From the IMG/VR virus record IMGVR_UViG_3300032233_002452: 64,000 bases of DNA. One strand, given 5' to 3'. Shown in pieces: positions 47,173 through 54,840 of the stretch (positions are counted from its first letter, which is position 1; each line of letters opens with the position of its first letter). The position numbers were made by a program, and so were the translations under genes. The notes under the pieces were generated by a model. It was not told the origin of the DNA. It did not search any database and saw nothing but the letters and a program-made list of their open reading frames with translations. This stretch comes from an uncultured virus (IMG/VR IMGVR_UViG_3300032233_002452). Lineage: Duplodnaviria > Heunggongvirae > Uroviricota > Caudoviricetes.

Positions 47173-47469
47173 TTATTTCCTAAGTGCAATCGCTATGATT
47201 AAATCATCTTCATGTGAAAGTGTGAGCACGTATGAACCACTTAATACGTTACCCACATCTTCAACTTGTGGTGCCATACTTTTTGGAAATGAAATGCGAA
47301 TGTCTCGGTATTGAATTTGTTTACCTTCTGCTTTGACAATCGATTCGTAACATGCCCAAAATTTTGCCACATCTTTTATGTTGGAATAATTGGTATTGAA
47401 TCTACGATTATATCTATTCAACCAATCAGATTTGAATCTAGATATTTTTGTAATGTCAGTACCAATCAT
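47173..47469 (-). CDS. acpS: AcpS-type 4'-phosphopantetheinyl transferase (compact, divergent)
   Basis: MIGTDI..ISRF, AKFWACYES.VKA (cf. FAAKEA..KA), LTLSHE...AIAL; AAGGA SD. Confidence 0.75.
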   Translation of the reverse strand: MIGTDITKISRFKSDWLNRYNRRFNTNYSNIKDVAKFWACYESIVKAEGKQIQYRDIRISFPKSMAPQVEDVGNVLSGSYVLTLSHEDDLIIAIALRK

Positions 47470-47483
47470 AATAATCCTTGAAA

Positions 47484-47832
47484 GTGGTGATTCTTCTGTT
47501 ACGAGGTGAACCACCGAAACCCTAAGCGGCGATTAGGCTGCTAATGCGAACTGTGAGTCGTTTGCTTTTACTTTTTTGCTTCTACGACCGGGTTACCCCA
47601 ATCCTAATGGCTTTCACATTGCCAAGTTGTCCACTTCTGTACTTCTTGCCCTGTCGAAACTATTCATCCCCATCATAAAGACTTTTTATAATCCAGAACA
47701 TATAATTTATCCAAATTAATATGCCCCACATATAAACCCAATGCCATTCACCTAACATAAAAGTCCTTATGGTGGAGATGGGGGGATTCGCACCCCCGTC
47801 CAGAACACGTTTCTAGTTGCTTCATACAACCA
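47484..47832 (-). ncRNA. ssrA: Circularly permuted (two-piece) tmRNA, tag peptide ANDSQFALAA (outer ends approximate)
   Basis: Minus-strand order: T-arm GGGGG-TGCGAAT-CCCCC + CATCTCCACCA (ends 47770), intervening segment, GGGGATG 5' acceptor strand (47671) with G3:U pair, tag frame 47565-47533. Confidence 0.9.
47660..47758 (-). CDS. Putative 32-aa Trp-rich membrane peptide starting in the tmRNA intervening segment
   Basis: MLGEWHWVYMWGILIWINYMFWIIKSLYDGDE, preceded by TAAGGA. Confidence 0.4.
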   Translation of the reverse strand: MLGEWHWVYMWGILIWINYMFWIIKSLYDGDE

Positions 47833-47841
47833 TAATCTGCA

Positions 47842-47850
47842 TTATAACAC
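47842..47850 (-). promoter_or_regulatory. Extended -10 promoter for tmRNA
   Basis: TGTTATAAT about 10 nt upstream of the acceptor piece. Confidence 0.6.
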
Positions 47851-48528
47851 AACCAATTCGTTTTTGCGGTAGTATTGTGTTACATACAATTCAAACTCAG
47901 GTAAGTATTTATCTTTTTTCACTTCAAAAATCTGTGATTCTTTACTACCTTCTACACCAATAGCAACGACCAAATCGTCAATTGGTTGACCTGTACGGTC
48001 TTCAAACATATCTGCATATGCGGCACATTGCATAAAATAATTTAGAATGCCGTCTGCTGATTTTAATCGTGATGCCGATTTAAAGTCAATGACTGCAATT
48101 TTACCTTTCCATTCGGCGATACAGTCAACACGACCTGCAATGCCAAGACGGTCAGAATACAATGCTTGTTCTAGTGAAAAGATTTTACCAATATTATCAT
48201 CAAGTTGTGGTTTCAATTGCACAAACAATTCTTTGACATTCGGCATCATTGATTGAATTTTCATTGGTGTCAATTCATTCAATAGATACTTCTCACAAAT
48301 GGTGTGTAATGCGGTACCTCTACGTGATGCCTTTGCGGCAATACGATTAGCTTCTTCTGCACCCACACGTTCACGCCATTCAAACAAAGCTTTCTTACCA
48401 TAAGGTGCAAGCACAGTAGTTACAGACGGATATTTGTTACCTGTTGGTGTGACATATTTACGACCTTCTGTTGTCGTTTCTGAAACTAAATCAAAATCTA
48501 ATTCAGGTATTTTTACAAATTCAAACAT
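47842..48528 (-). CDS. PD-(D/E)XK exonuclease of T4-like phages
   Basis: YPSVTTVL, WRERVG, RGTALH, AGRVDCIAE, IDFKS, YFMQCAAYA. Confidence 0.85.
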   Translation of the reverse strand: MFEFVKIPELDFDLVSETTTEGRKYVTPTGNKYPSVTTVLAPYGKKALFEWRERVGAEEANRIAAKASRRGTALHTICEKYLLNELTPMKIQSMMPNVKELFVQLKPQLDDNIGKIFSLEQALYSDRLGIAGRVDCIAEWKGKIAVIDFKSASRLKSADGILNYFMQCAAYADMFEDRTGQPIDDLVVAIGVEGSKESQIFEVKKDKYLPEFELYVTQYYRKNELVVL

Positions 48529-48857
48529 TATTTACCATCAAGTCGTTTTGTGATTTTATCAATGTGTTTACGTACAACTTCACGGGTTTTAACAGTCTTA
48601 ATGGATTTATCACCATATTCAGCACCAACTTTTGACATTGGATGTGCTTCACCAACTTTGGCGAGAACCTCTTTGAAACCATCAGGCACTCTATTATTTG
48701 TACCGTTAGATGTTGAAACACTAGTTACAATCGATGGCGCCGTTATAATAGGTGTGATGTGAGGATTTTCTTTTAAGAATTCCTCACGCTCAGAAATTTT
48801 CATAAAGACTTCAAAGTTTTCATCTGTCTTCGTATCTAAAAATTCATATGTTGGCAT
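48528..48857 (-). CDS. FmdB-like small regulatory protein
   Basis: MPTY.F...E.F..FMKISE, GFKEVL.K. Confidence 0.6.
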   Translation of the reverse strand: MPTYEFLDTKTDENFEVFMKISEREEFLKENPHITPIITAPSIVTSVSTSNGTNNRVPDGFKEVLAKVGEAHPMSKVGAEYGDKSIKTVKTREVVRKHIDKITKRLDGK

Positions 48858-49392
48858 TATACCATCCTGGTGTACTTCGTTTTTTCCATGACGCTAAATG
48901 CGTCTTGTTGTTTATATAGTAGTTACGATAAGACTTGATGGAATCGCCTGCAATTTTCACTTCGTCAGGCATCGCAGGAGTTGGTTCAGTAAAAGGACCA
49001 ATAGGTATTTTAACTGGTGTTGTTTGCAAACGATTTACTAAACCATCTCTTTCACACTTATGAATTTTACCATAACGATAGGTGTATTCTTTACACAATG
49101 CATCAAGCATGGTATACAACCAGTAATAATTCATTGCTGATTGTCTTGCCCAAACTGCTGACGGATGATGAATATGAGTAGCTTTATACAATGTATAATC
49201 ACGACTATCTGCTAAAGTCCAGAATTTCTTTTTTCTTCCTGAAGCAGAAAGACCACTAAGCTCTACACCATCAAGAAAACGATGGGCAGTAGAAAGTAAT
49301 TGTGCATATTCAAGAATCATCTTTACAACATGTTTATCATTATGCATTTCTGCACACTTTACTACATCGTGGTCTAGGTAAAAGATATTCAT
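48844..49392 (-). CDS. Pyrimidine-dimer DNA glycosylase-like (DenV family)
   Basis: MNIFYLD, H.DKHVVKMILEYAQLLSTAH, YK.TH.HHPS.VW, AMPD, YRNYY. Confidence 0.75.
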   Translation of the reverse strand: MNIFYLDHDVVKCAEMHNDKHVVKMILEYAQLLSTAHRFLDGVELSGLSASGRKKKFWTLADSRDYTLYKATHIHHPSAVWARQSAMNYYWLYTMLDALCKEYTYRYGKIHKCERDGLVNRLQTTPVKIPIGPFTEPTPAMPDEVKIAGDSIKSYRNYYINNKTHLASWKKRSTPGWYNANI

Positions 49393-49781
49393 TCTTTACG
49401 TTTATTCCGAGCCCATCCGGCAACAACAGATTGCAATTCATCGAATTTATATTCTGTGTTCACCAAACTCTCAGTATGAGATTGCATTAATGCCTTTTTT
49501 AGATTGGCAATTTGTTCTTCTGTGAGAGCACCATCATCTTCTTCATATGCGGGTTCTTCATCAAAAGAATCATCACGTACAGCATCAAAACAAGTATTAA
49601 ATGCTTGTCTCAGTTTATCGTTAATATCCTCAAGGGCGCCGGTAATATGCCATAGAGCATTTGTTACTTCTTCACGTGAAGAGCCGTCACAACCATTTGC
49701 GACAACATTAACCAGAGATTTTAAACAGTCAAGCCGAATAGATTCGGTCTCAATTGCAGTAAGTTCATTCCAATATTTCAT
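49389..49781 (-). CDS. Hypothetical protein
   Basis: Acidic ORF coupled to neighbours. Confidence 0.6.
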   Translation of the reverse strand: MKYWNELTAIETESIRLDCLKSLVNVVANGCDGSSREEVTNALWHITGALEDINDKLRQAFNTCFDAVRDDSFDEEPAYEEDDGALTEEQIANLKKALMQSHTESLVNTEYKFDELQSVVAGWARNKRKE

Positions 49782-49948
49782 TACCAATTCCCATTATCAA
49801 TCCAAAAACGAATACTAAACATGCCGAGGTTCAAAACATATGCCTCGCCATCCCATGGGTCTTTTTCAATTACATACCCAACCGTCCATTGCAACGGATT
49901 TAATTTGATTATAACATTACAACCACTATATTTGAGGTAACTAATCAT
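49781..49948 (-). CDS. Hypothetical protein (55 aa)
   Basis: Hand-translated MISYLKYSG...IRFWIDNGNW; TAATG overlap with the next gene. Confidence 0.6.
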   Translation of the reverse strand: MISYLKYSGCNVIIKLNPLQWTVGYVIEKDPWDGEAYVLNLGMFSIRFWIDNGNW

Positions 49949-50222
49949 TGTTTTCCACACTAAAAATGTTTGACCACTTTAAAAGTTTGTTACGTTTTGC
50001 ACCAGATGCATTGAGCAATTCCTTGCGGTCGATAATACCTGATTCAACAATCAATTCAATCATACAATGCAAATCACCGATTTCTTCGGTCAGTCGTTGC
50101 CGGTTGGTGAAATTATTATGTTCACCATCGATGCCAAATCGAAACACTTTGCTGATAGCTTGTGTCACTTCAGCACATTCTTCTTGGGCAATCAACAGAA
50201 TTTCTTTTTCATTATTTTTCAT
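49941..50222 (-). CDS. MazG-like NTP pyrophosphohydrolase
   Basis: EECAEV.QAISK..RFG, L.EEIGDL. Confidence 0.75.
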   Translation of the reverse strand: MKNNEKEILLIAQEECAEVTQAISKVFRFGIDGEHNNFTNRQRLTEEIGDLHCMIELIVESGIIDRKELLNASGAKRNKLLKWSNIFSVENND

Positions 50223-50232
50223 ATATTGAATG

Positions 50233-50305
50233 CTAAGGGACGCAACCGGCGATTCTCATCGAGCTACTGTCATTTAAGTGCGAGCAAATTGCAGCACTCC
50301 CATAA
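50233..50305 (-). ncRNA. Candidate structured RNA (three-way junction, GNRA loop)
   Basis: GC-rich intergenic; GGGA/TCCC, GTGC/GCAC, CGAT-GAGA-ATCG helices; strand inferred from GNRA loop. Confidence 0.35.
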
Positions 50306-50313
50306 CGAAACCT

Positions 50314-50694
50314 TCACTCAGTAACTTCTGTTACTTCAAGTTTATCGGTAACTTCAGCCTTCACTTTGACTGGTTCAGAAATAACTTCTGACTTTAGGTC
50401 AGCAAGTTTGCTAACATAAGTCATAGGTACATCATTACGTTTCATGTAGTCTTTAACATCATTAACGTTACAGATTTGGTAACCAGTAACCTTACGACCA
50501 TCTTTAACAGGTTTTACTACACCGTTAGCGATAGTTTTAATGTGCCACATATAAGTGGAGATACGGTACATGAAAATTTCCTTACCGAGCAACGCATTGA
50601 TTTTCTCAAGCGATGTAGGTTGTCCGTCAATCATAACAGTCAACACTTTTTCGAAAGGTTTCAGTTTTTTAGTTTTTGCAGTAGTTTTAGCCAT
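50314..50694 (-). CDS. Basic hypothetical protein, possibly DNA-binding
   Basis: Lys-rich, AAGGA SD, behind a consensus promoter. Confidence 0.65.
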   Translation of the reverse strand: MAKTTAKTKKLKPFEKVLTVMIDGQPTSLEKINALLGKEIFMYRISTYMWHIKTIANGVVKPVKDGRKVTGYQICNVNDVKDYMKRNDVPMTYVSKLADLKSEVISEPVKVKAEVTDKLEVTEVTE

Positions 50695-50731
50695 TTTATA
50701 AATTTCCTTCACAAGTTAATCAAGAGACTAT

Positions 50732-50760
50732 AGTATAACACAAATATGCCGCTGTGTCAA
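50732..50760 (-). promoter_or_regulatory. Sigma70-type early promoter
   Basis: TTGACA-17-TATACT with TG extension. Confidence 0.8.
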
Positions 50761-50786
50761 GCGTTTTTGGCAGGTTTGCCGAAAAA

Positions 50787-51200
50787 TTATTTAACGTGAA
50801 CAAGAGTTGCCTCATTCATAAGTTCATCCTTATCCTTATAACAGAAAGAATGGAATTCTTCCCATGTACCATCAAAAATCACTTCGGTAGGATTCTTCAC
50901 AATCACGGTATTTTCATAAAGGTGATATTCATATTCCTGCCAACAATCGGTAGAATCAACGGGGTAAATGTAGAAACCACCAACACTCTTTTTAAAATTA
51001 CAAATCAATTGAGCAGCAAGACAACCCATACCATTGAATTGTATAGTTTTTTTATCTGAGTAACCATTTACCAAAGTACCAGACTTTAGAAAATCTGCCA
51101 ATTCTTGGCCATGTCCAGAAATGTAACCATCGAATTGACGGTACATATTCATAATTGGTTTGTTTTCTTCATACACGAAAGTTAAAGAACGAGTTCCCAT
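50787..51200 (-). CDS. Conserved phage hypothetical protein
   Basis: MGTRSLT...YRQFDGY..GHG..LA.FL...NGMGCLAAQL. Confidence 0.7.
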   Translation of the reverse strand: MGTRSLTFVYEENKPIMNMYRQFDGYISGHGQELADFLKSGTLVNGYSDKKTIQFNGMGCLAAQLICNFKKSVGGFYIYPVDSTDCWQEYEYHLYENTVIVKNPTEVIFDGTWEEFHSFCYKDKDELMNEATLVHVK

Positions 51201-51388
51201 TAAATATTCTCCTTTGCCATATCATAACCATTCATAAAATCAGCATTGGAAAACAATGTATCGTTCCAACGCTTTTCAACAATTTTCTCAACCCATTCAA
51301 CTGGACAGCCAACTTGCTCTGCAATTTCTTCGCAAAGCATAACTGTAGTGTCTAGTATCTCATTAATTTCAATTTCAATTTCGCTCAT
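51200..51388 (-). CDS. Small acidic hypothetical protein
   Basis: MSEIEIEI start with GGAG SD. Confidence 0.55.
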   Translation of the reverse strand: MSEIEIEINEILDTTVMLCEEIAEQVGCPVEWVEKIVEKRWNDTLFSNADFMNGYDMAKENI

Positions 51389-51395
51389 TATAATA

Positions 51396-51560
51396 TTACT
51401 CCAGAGGTAAAGTTTCAATTTCAATAAACTCACCATCATCTTCAGTTATTTGTTTTTCAACTTGCGCCTGATAATTTTCGGCATCATCCATATTATAGAA
51501 TGCACGTAAGACAACATAACCATTGTCTGGATGAAATGATTTTACAATATGAACAAGCAT
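51396..51560 (-). CDS. Small hypothetical protein
   Basis: MLVHIV start downstream of promoter. Confidence 0.55.
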   Translation of the reverse strand: MLVHIVKSFHPDNGYVVLRAFYNMDDAENYQAQVEKQITEDDGEFIEIETLPLE

Positions 51561-51590
51561 TTTTACTCTCTTACCAACTGAACAAATTCT

Positions 51591-51652
51591 AGTATAACAC
51601 AATGGGTGAAAATGTCAACAACTATTTTCATTGTTGTTGTTTTCTTGCAACA
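51591..51652 (-). promoter_or_regulatory. Sigma70 promoter plus TGTTG-N8-CAACA palindrome
   Basis: TTGACA-16-TATACT; palindrome 51635-51652. Confidence 0.7.
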
Positions 51653-51876
51653 CCATGAATTTGCCACAATTTTTCTTCACCTTCATAATCGTGGGCATAA
51701 ACAAAAAGTTTTTGGCCGTATGCCTCGATAGTACCCCAACAATCATAAACATTATGCGGGTCTGGTTCTACAGTAACGCTCCGCATAATTTCACAAAAAC
51801 CATTTCGCCATGTAGGCAATTTGCTTTTAAAATATTTGTAATTATCGGTTTGAATGATAAAGATTTTAGATTTCAT
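51628..51876 (-). CDS. Hypothetical protein
   Basis: 82 aa, operon packing. Confidence 0.6.
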   Translation of the reverse strand: MKSKIFIIQTDNYKYFKSKLPTWRNGFCEIMRSVTVEPDPHNVYDCWGTIEAYGQKLFVYAHDYEGEEKLWQIHGVARKQQQ

Positions 51877-52113
51877 TTAATAACTATAAACAGAGAAAGA
51901 TTTTGCGGATTGTTTCAAGCAAGTGGATTGCTTGGAATTTGGCGAGCGACCAATATCATTTTTTCTAGGACCACGATATCTGATTTTATAAACACCAGGA
52001 TATGCGGTACGGAATTGGTCAAGTAATTCAATTGGCACATTACTATAACAAGCAGTAACACCATACCAACGATTTTTTACAGGTTTATTTTTTGAGTAAA
52101 ATTGGTCAAACAT
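51877..52113 (-). CDS. Hypothetical protein
   Basis: 78 aa, KIRYRGPR motif. Confidence 0.6.
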   Translation of the reverse strand: MFDQFYSKNKPVKNRWYGVTACYSNVPIELLDQFRTAYPGVYKIRYRGPRKNDIGRSPNSKQSTCLKQSAKSFSVYSY

Positions 52114-52115
52114 AA

Positions 52116-52865
52116 TTAAGCAGCTTTCAACATAATTGAGGGATATTTCACAAAACCAGTTTCGTCTTTTTTTGCTTTGCCTTTGGCATACAATCCAACG
52201 ACAACATTTTTAGGGTCAAGGAAACGCAAATCTGATTCATCACCATTAAACACAGGACGACCCAAATAGGTTTCTGGCATCGGCAAGGTTTTCTTAATGC
52301 CAAATACAACAGCGATATTATAACCTTGTTGAATGGCGGCATATACGTCAGCATCATTACCATCAGCGGCAGAGAATGTCAACGAATAATTAGGAATTGA
52401 TTTTACTTTGCGACCAAGAATTTTGGTATAATCATAAAAAGTCAATTCAGGGAATGCCATGAAAATATTAGAATAAGATTGGCCATTGCGGAGTACTTCA
52501 TACTTTTCAAAAGCAAGGTCGGAGGTACCATTCAAACGAATTACAGGAACCAAATTCATGCGAGCAGATTGTTTAATTGCCAATTCAATATCTTTAACCA
52601 ACAAATTCATAAATGTAATACGGTCTTCGAAAAACATTTTGGTTTTACGAATACGAGCTTGCTGAATAACGTTTGTCGTTTCGCCTCTTTTAAACATACC
52701 GCCACGACCAGCAAGGTTCAAACAAGCGGCAGTACAACCAGCGGTGCGCTTAGCACAGGTTTCATAACCAGACAAATTCGCAGGGGCAAGGTGTAAGATA
52801 TAAGTATTAAAACCTTCTTTAATACCTTTTAATACTTTTGGGTTACCTGTACTAAGCAATTTCAT
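52116..52865 (-). CDS. GP88-like protein (Cys-cluster, radical-SAM-related)
   Basis: LHLAP, C.....GC...CL..AGRG, RLNGTSD, FYDYTK, GD..DLRFLD, GL.AKG. Confidence 0.7.
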   Translation of the reverse strand: MKLLSTGNPKVLKGIKEGFNTYILHLAPANLSGYETCAKRTAGCTAACLNLAGRGGMFKRGETTNVIQQARIRKTKMFFEDRITFMNLLVKDIELAIKQSARMNLVPVIRLNGTSDLAFEKYEVLRNGQSYSNIFMAFPELTFYDYTKILGRKVKSIPNYSLTFSAADGNDADVYAAIQQGYNIAVVFGIKKTLPMPETYLGRPVFNGDESDLRFLDPKNVVVGLYAKGKAKKDETGFVKYPSIMLKAA

Positions 52866-52897
52866 TTCAATGTGTCCTTATCAACTCAACATAACCA

Positions 52898-52969
52898 ATT
52901 ATACAGGTTCCGGCAGGAATGGCAAGCGGTCTAGCGTTCCGGTCAAGTATTTGTTGTTTTTTTGCAACA
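52898..52969 (-). promoter_or_regulatory. Sigma70 promoter plus TGTTG-N8-CAACA palindrome
   Basis: TTGCCA-16-TATAAT; palindrome 52952-52969. Confidence 0.7.
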
Positions 52970-53001
52970 TCCTGTAAGCTATTGATTTGTAACACTTTTT
53001 T

Positions 53002-53343
53002 CTACCTCCGCATCGTTGCCTGGTCTAGAGCTTCTTCGGCACTAAAAATAGGCACAGCATTAGACTTGTGGAGGGTACCAATACCGACCATTTTATCGCC
53101 AGTATAAACTGGTACAGGTTTTTTCGAGGTATCGTGAAAACCCGAATTTAAAGACGGGTAATATGGCGTTTCACGGCGGTAAGGTTCAGACTTTTTAATA
53201 TCAACTTTTTTCACTTTACCGTAGCGACCACCAAAATTGGTTTTCTGACTTTTAACAGAATCTAGCCAAGCAGTATACTCAGCTATTTCCTTTTGCGTTT
53301 TGTTTTTCTTCTTAGATTTTTGATTAGTATAAATTAAACCCAT
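53002..53343 (-). CDS. Conserved basic phage protein
   Basis: YTG.K..GIGTLHKSNAVPIF...A.D.ATMRR. Confidence 0.7.
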   Translation of the reverse strand: MGLIYTNQKSKKKNKTQKEIAEYTAWLDSVKSQKTNFGGRYGKVKKVDIKKSEPYRRETPYYPSLNSGFHDTSKKPVPVYTGDKMVGIGTLHKSNAVPIFSAEEALDQATMRR

Positions 53344-53483
53344 CACTTCACCATAATCATAAACAAAAATGCAAAAGCCATAATGCCAAATGTAGCCGTT
53401 CGGCCAAGCAAGGCACCAGCAAAAGCACCGATAATAAAAAGGGTACTTGCAGTTATTTGTACACTTGCGATATCCATAATCAT
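53343..53483 (-). CDS. Small membrane protein (46 aa)
   Basis: Hand-translated MIMDIASVQITASTLFIIGAFAGALLGRTATFGIMAFAFLFMIMVK; TGATG overlap. Confidence 0.55.
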   Translation of the reverse strand: MIMDIASVQITASTLFIIGAFAGALLGRTATFGIMAFAFLFMIMVK

Positions 53484-53507
53484 TACTCTATCAATTCAAC
53501 AAAGTCC

Positions 53508-53569
53508 ATTATACAGGTATTGGTAGGAAAGGCAACAATTATTTTGCCTGCTGTTGTTTTTCCGCAACA
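53508..53569 (-). promoter_or_regulatory. Sigma70 promoter plus TGTTG-N8-CAACA palindrome
   Basis: TTGCCT-16-TATAAT; palindrome 53552-53569. Confidence 0.7.
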
Positions 53570-53913
53570 GCAGTAATATGTTTACATTTTCCACGGAAAG
53601 TAAAACCAGTACAGGTACAAGTATATTTTGAATTATCGATTAACTCAACCATATATTCTTTATCTTTCGATTTTACTTTGAATATACGAATATTATTTTT
53701 ATTTTTGGGTATTAATTCAGATAAGGCAGAATTATCGACCTTAATAAAGGTACGATAACGCTTATCGATACGCATTCTGGATTTTAGTTGATTAACTTGA
53801 TTATCGCCATATTTAACATAAGCGACAATTTTATCATTATCCAGTAAATAAGTGTGATTACAATGATTATAATCACCTGCCCATTTTGTAGTTTCTTGTA
53901 ATATTGAATACAT
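53539..53913 (-). CDS. SWIM zinc-finger protein
   Basis: CTCTGFTFRGKCKH. Confidence 0.75.
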   Translation of the reverse strand: MYSILQETTKWAGDYNHCNHTYLLDNDKIVAYVKYGDNQVNQLKSRMRIDKRYRTFIKVDNSALSELIPKNKNNIRIFKVKSKDKEYMVELIDNSKYTCTCTGFTFRGKCKHITAVAEKQQQAK

Positions 53914-53919
53914 GATAGT

Positions 53920-53972
53920 ATCCTAACACAAGATGAAGGGTCTGGCAAGCCCTGTGTTGTTTTCCTACAACA
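53920..53972 (-). promoter_or_regulatory. Sigma70 promoter plus TGTTG-N8-CAACA palindrome
   Basis: TTGCCA-17-TAGGAT with TG; palindrome 53955-53972. Confidence 0.6.
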
Positions 53973-54134
53973 TCATTCCTGCAATAATTGCCCTTGATTC
54001 CGCAAGTCTTCCTCAAACTCTTGAACTTGCAAACGGGCAAGTGCCTGTTTCATTTGCTCAACGTCACCGATATCGCTGGCAATTTTAGATTCGAGCTCAA
54101 CGATTTGTTTTTTTAGGGTTTCTTGGTAACTCAT
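53973..54134 (-). CDS. Small coiled-coil protein (53 aa)
   Basis: Hand-translated MSYQETLKKQIVELESKI...; GAGGA SD. Confidence 0.55.
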   Translation of the reverse strand: MSYQETLKKQIVELESKIASDIGDVEQMKQALARLQVQEFEEDLRNQGQLLQE

Positions 54135-54261
54135 ATTCATCCTCAATCTTTTTATGTCTCTTGTCTTTCGACTTGAACTTTTTAAAACTCATTGGTTGTT
54201 CGTCATCTTCGTAACGATTTTTCTTCTTGCTGATTTTCTCAACAAACTTCCCGCTATACAT
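54097..54261 (-). CDS. Small charged hypothetical protein (54 aa)
   Basis: Hand-translated MYSGKFVEKISKKKNRYEDD...; AAGG upstream. Confidence 0.4.
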   Translation of the reverse strand: MYSGKFVEKISKKKNRYEDDEQPMSFKKFKSKDKRHKKIEDEYELPRNPKKTNR

Positions 54262-54270
54262 CTTGCTACC

Positions 54271-54840
54271 TTATAGAATGTGGTCTGCTACACCTAGTTC
54301 GACTAACTCTTTTGCCGTTAACCAAATGTCACTTGGTGGCAAAAGCTTAGACTTGATTGTGCGGACATCCAGACTAGTGGCGTCACGCAAAATATTTACC
54401 ATTCTTTGATTACAATTTTCATGTTCACGTGCTTGCGCTTTTATATCGTGGTACTTACCTTCTGGTGAATCAGAAAATTGATGGCACATAATGCCTGTGT
54501 TGGGTGCAATGTATCTGTTTCCCTTTTGACCTGATGCAAAAATAAGAAACGCTGCGGACATAATAGAACCAATTCCAATAGTATGAATCGGATGTGTACT
54601 CATCTTCATTATGTCAATCAGGCCAAATGCCTGATATAAATCTCCACCAGGACTGTTCACGTATAGGTGTAAAGTTTTTGGTTTCGACTGGTCTAAATTT
54701 TCATAGACAATCCATTGAATCGCATCACGAATGTTGTCTTCATCAACATCACCCGTAAGGAAATGGATGTGTTTGTCTAAAAATTTTAATTCTATCTTTT
54801 CTTGTACTGGACAAAAGTCCAAATCTTTATTCTCTACCAT
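54271..54840 (-). CDS. clpP: ClpP-family serine protease
   Basis: LYVNSPGG, MSAAFLIFASG..G.R, IMCHQ, D.WLTA.E..ELG.AD. Confidence 0.88.
   Translation of the reverse strand: MVENKDLDFCPVQEKIELKFLDKHIHFLTGDVDEDNIRDAIQWIVYENLDQSKPKTLHLYVNSPGGDLYQAFGLIDIMKMSTHPIHTIGIGSIMSAAFLIFASGQKGNRYIAPNTGIMCHQFSDSPEGKYHDIKAQAREHENCNQRMVNILRDATSLDVRTIKSKLLPPSDIWLTAKELVELGVADHIL

Noticed and set aside
44888..47469. Host contamination or a complete type II PKS/aryl polyene cluster
   Set aside because: fabF overlaps a phage-type gene and the packing is phage-like; no chain-length factor, reductase, dehydratase or cyclase present (read-level check still advisable)
47470..47514. Track N-terminal extension of acpS
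   Set aside because: Overlaps the tmRNA 3' hairpin; the ATG at 47469 has an SD and matches the AcpS N-terminus
47770..47800. tRNA-like T-arm and CCA end
   Set aside because: No anticodon arm; it is the acceptor piece of the permuted tmRNA
47842..48528. Cas4 / CRISPR system
   Set aside because: No Fe-S cysteine set, no repeat-spacer array or other cas genes; ordinary phage exonuclease
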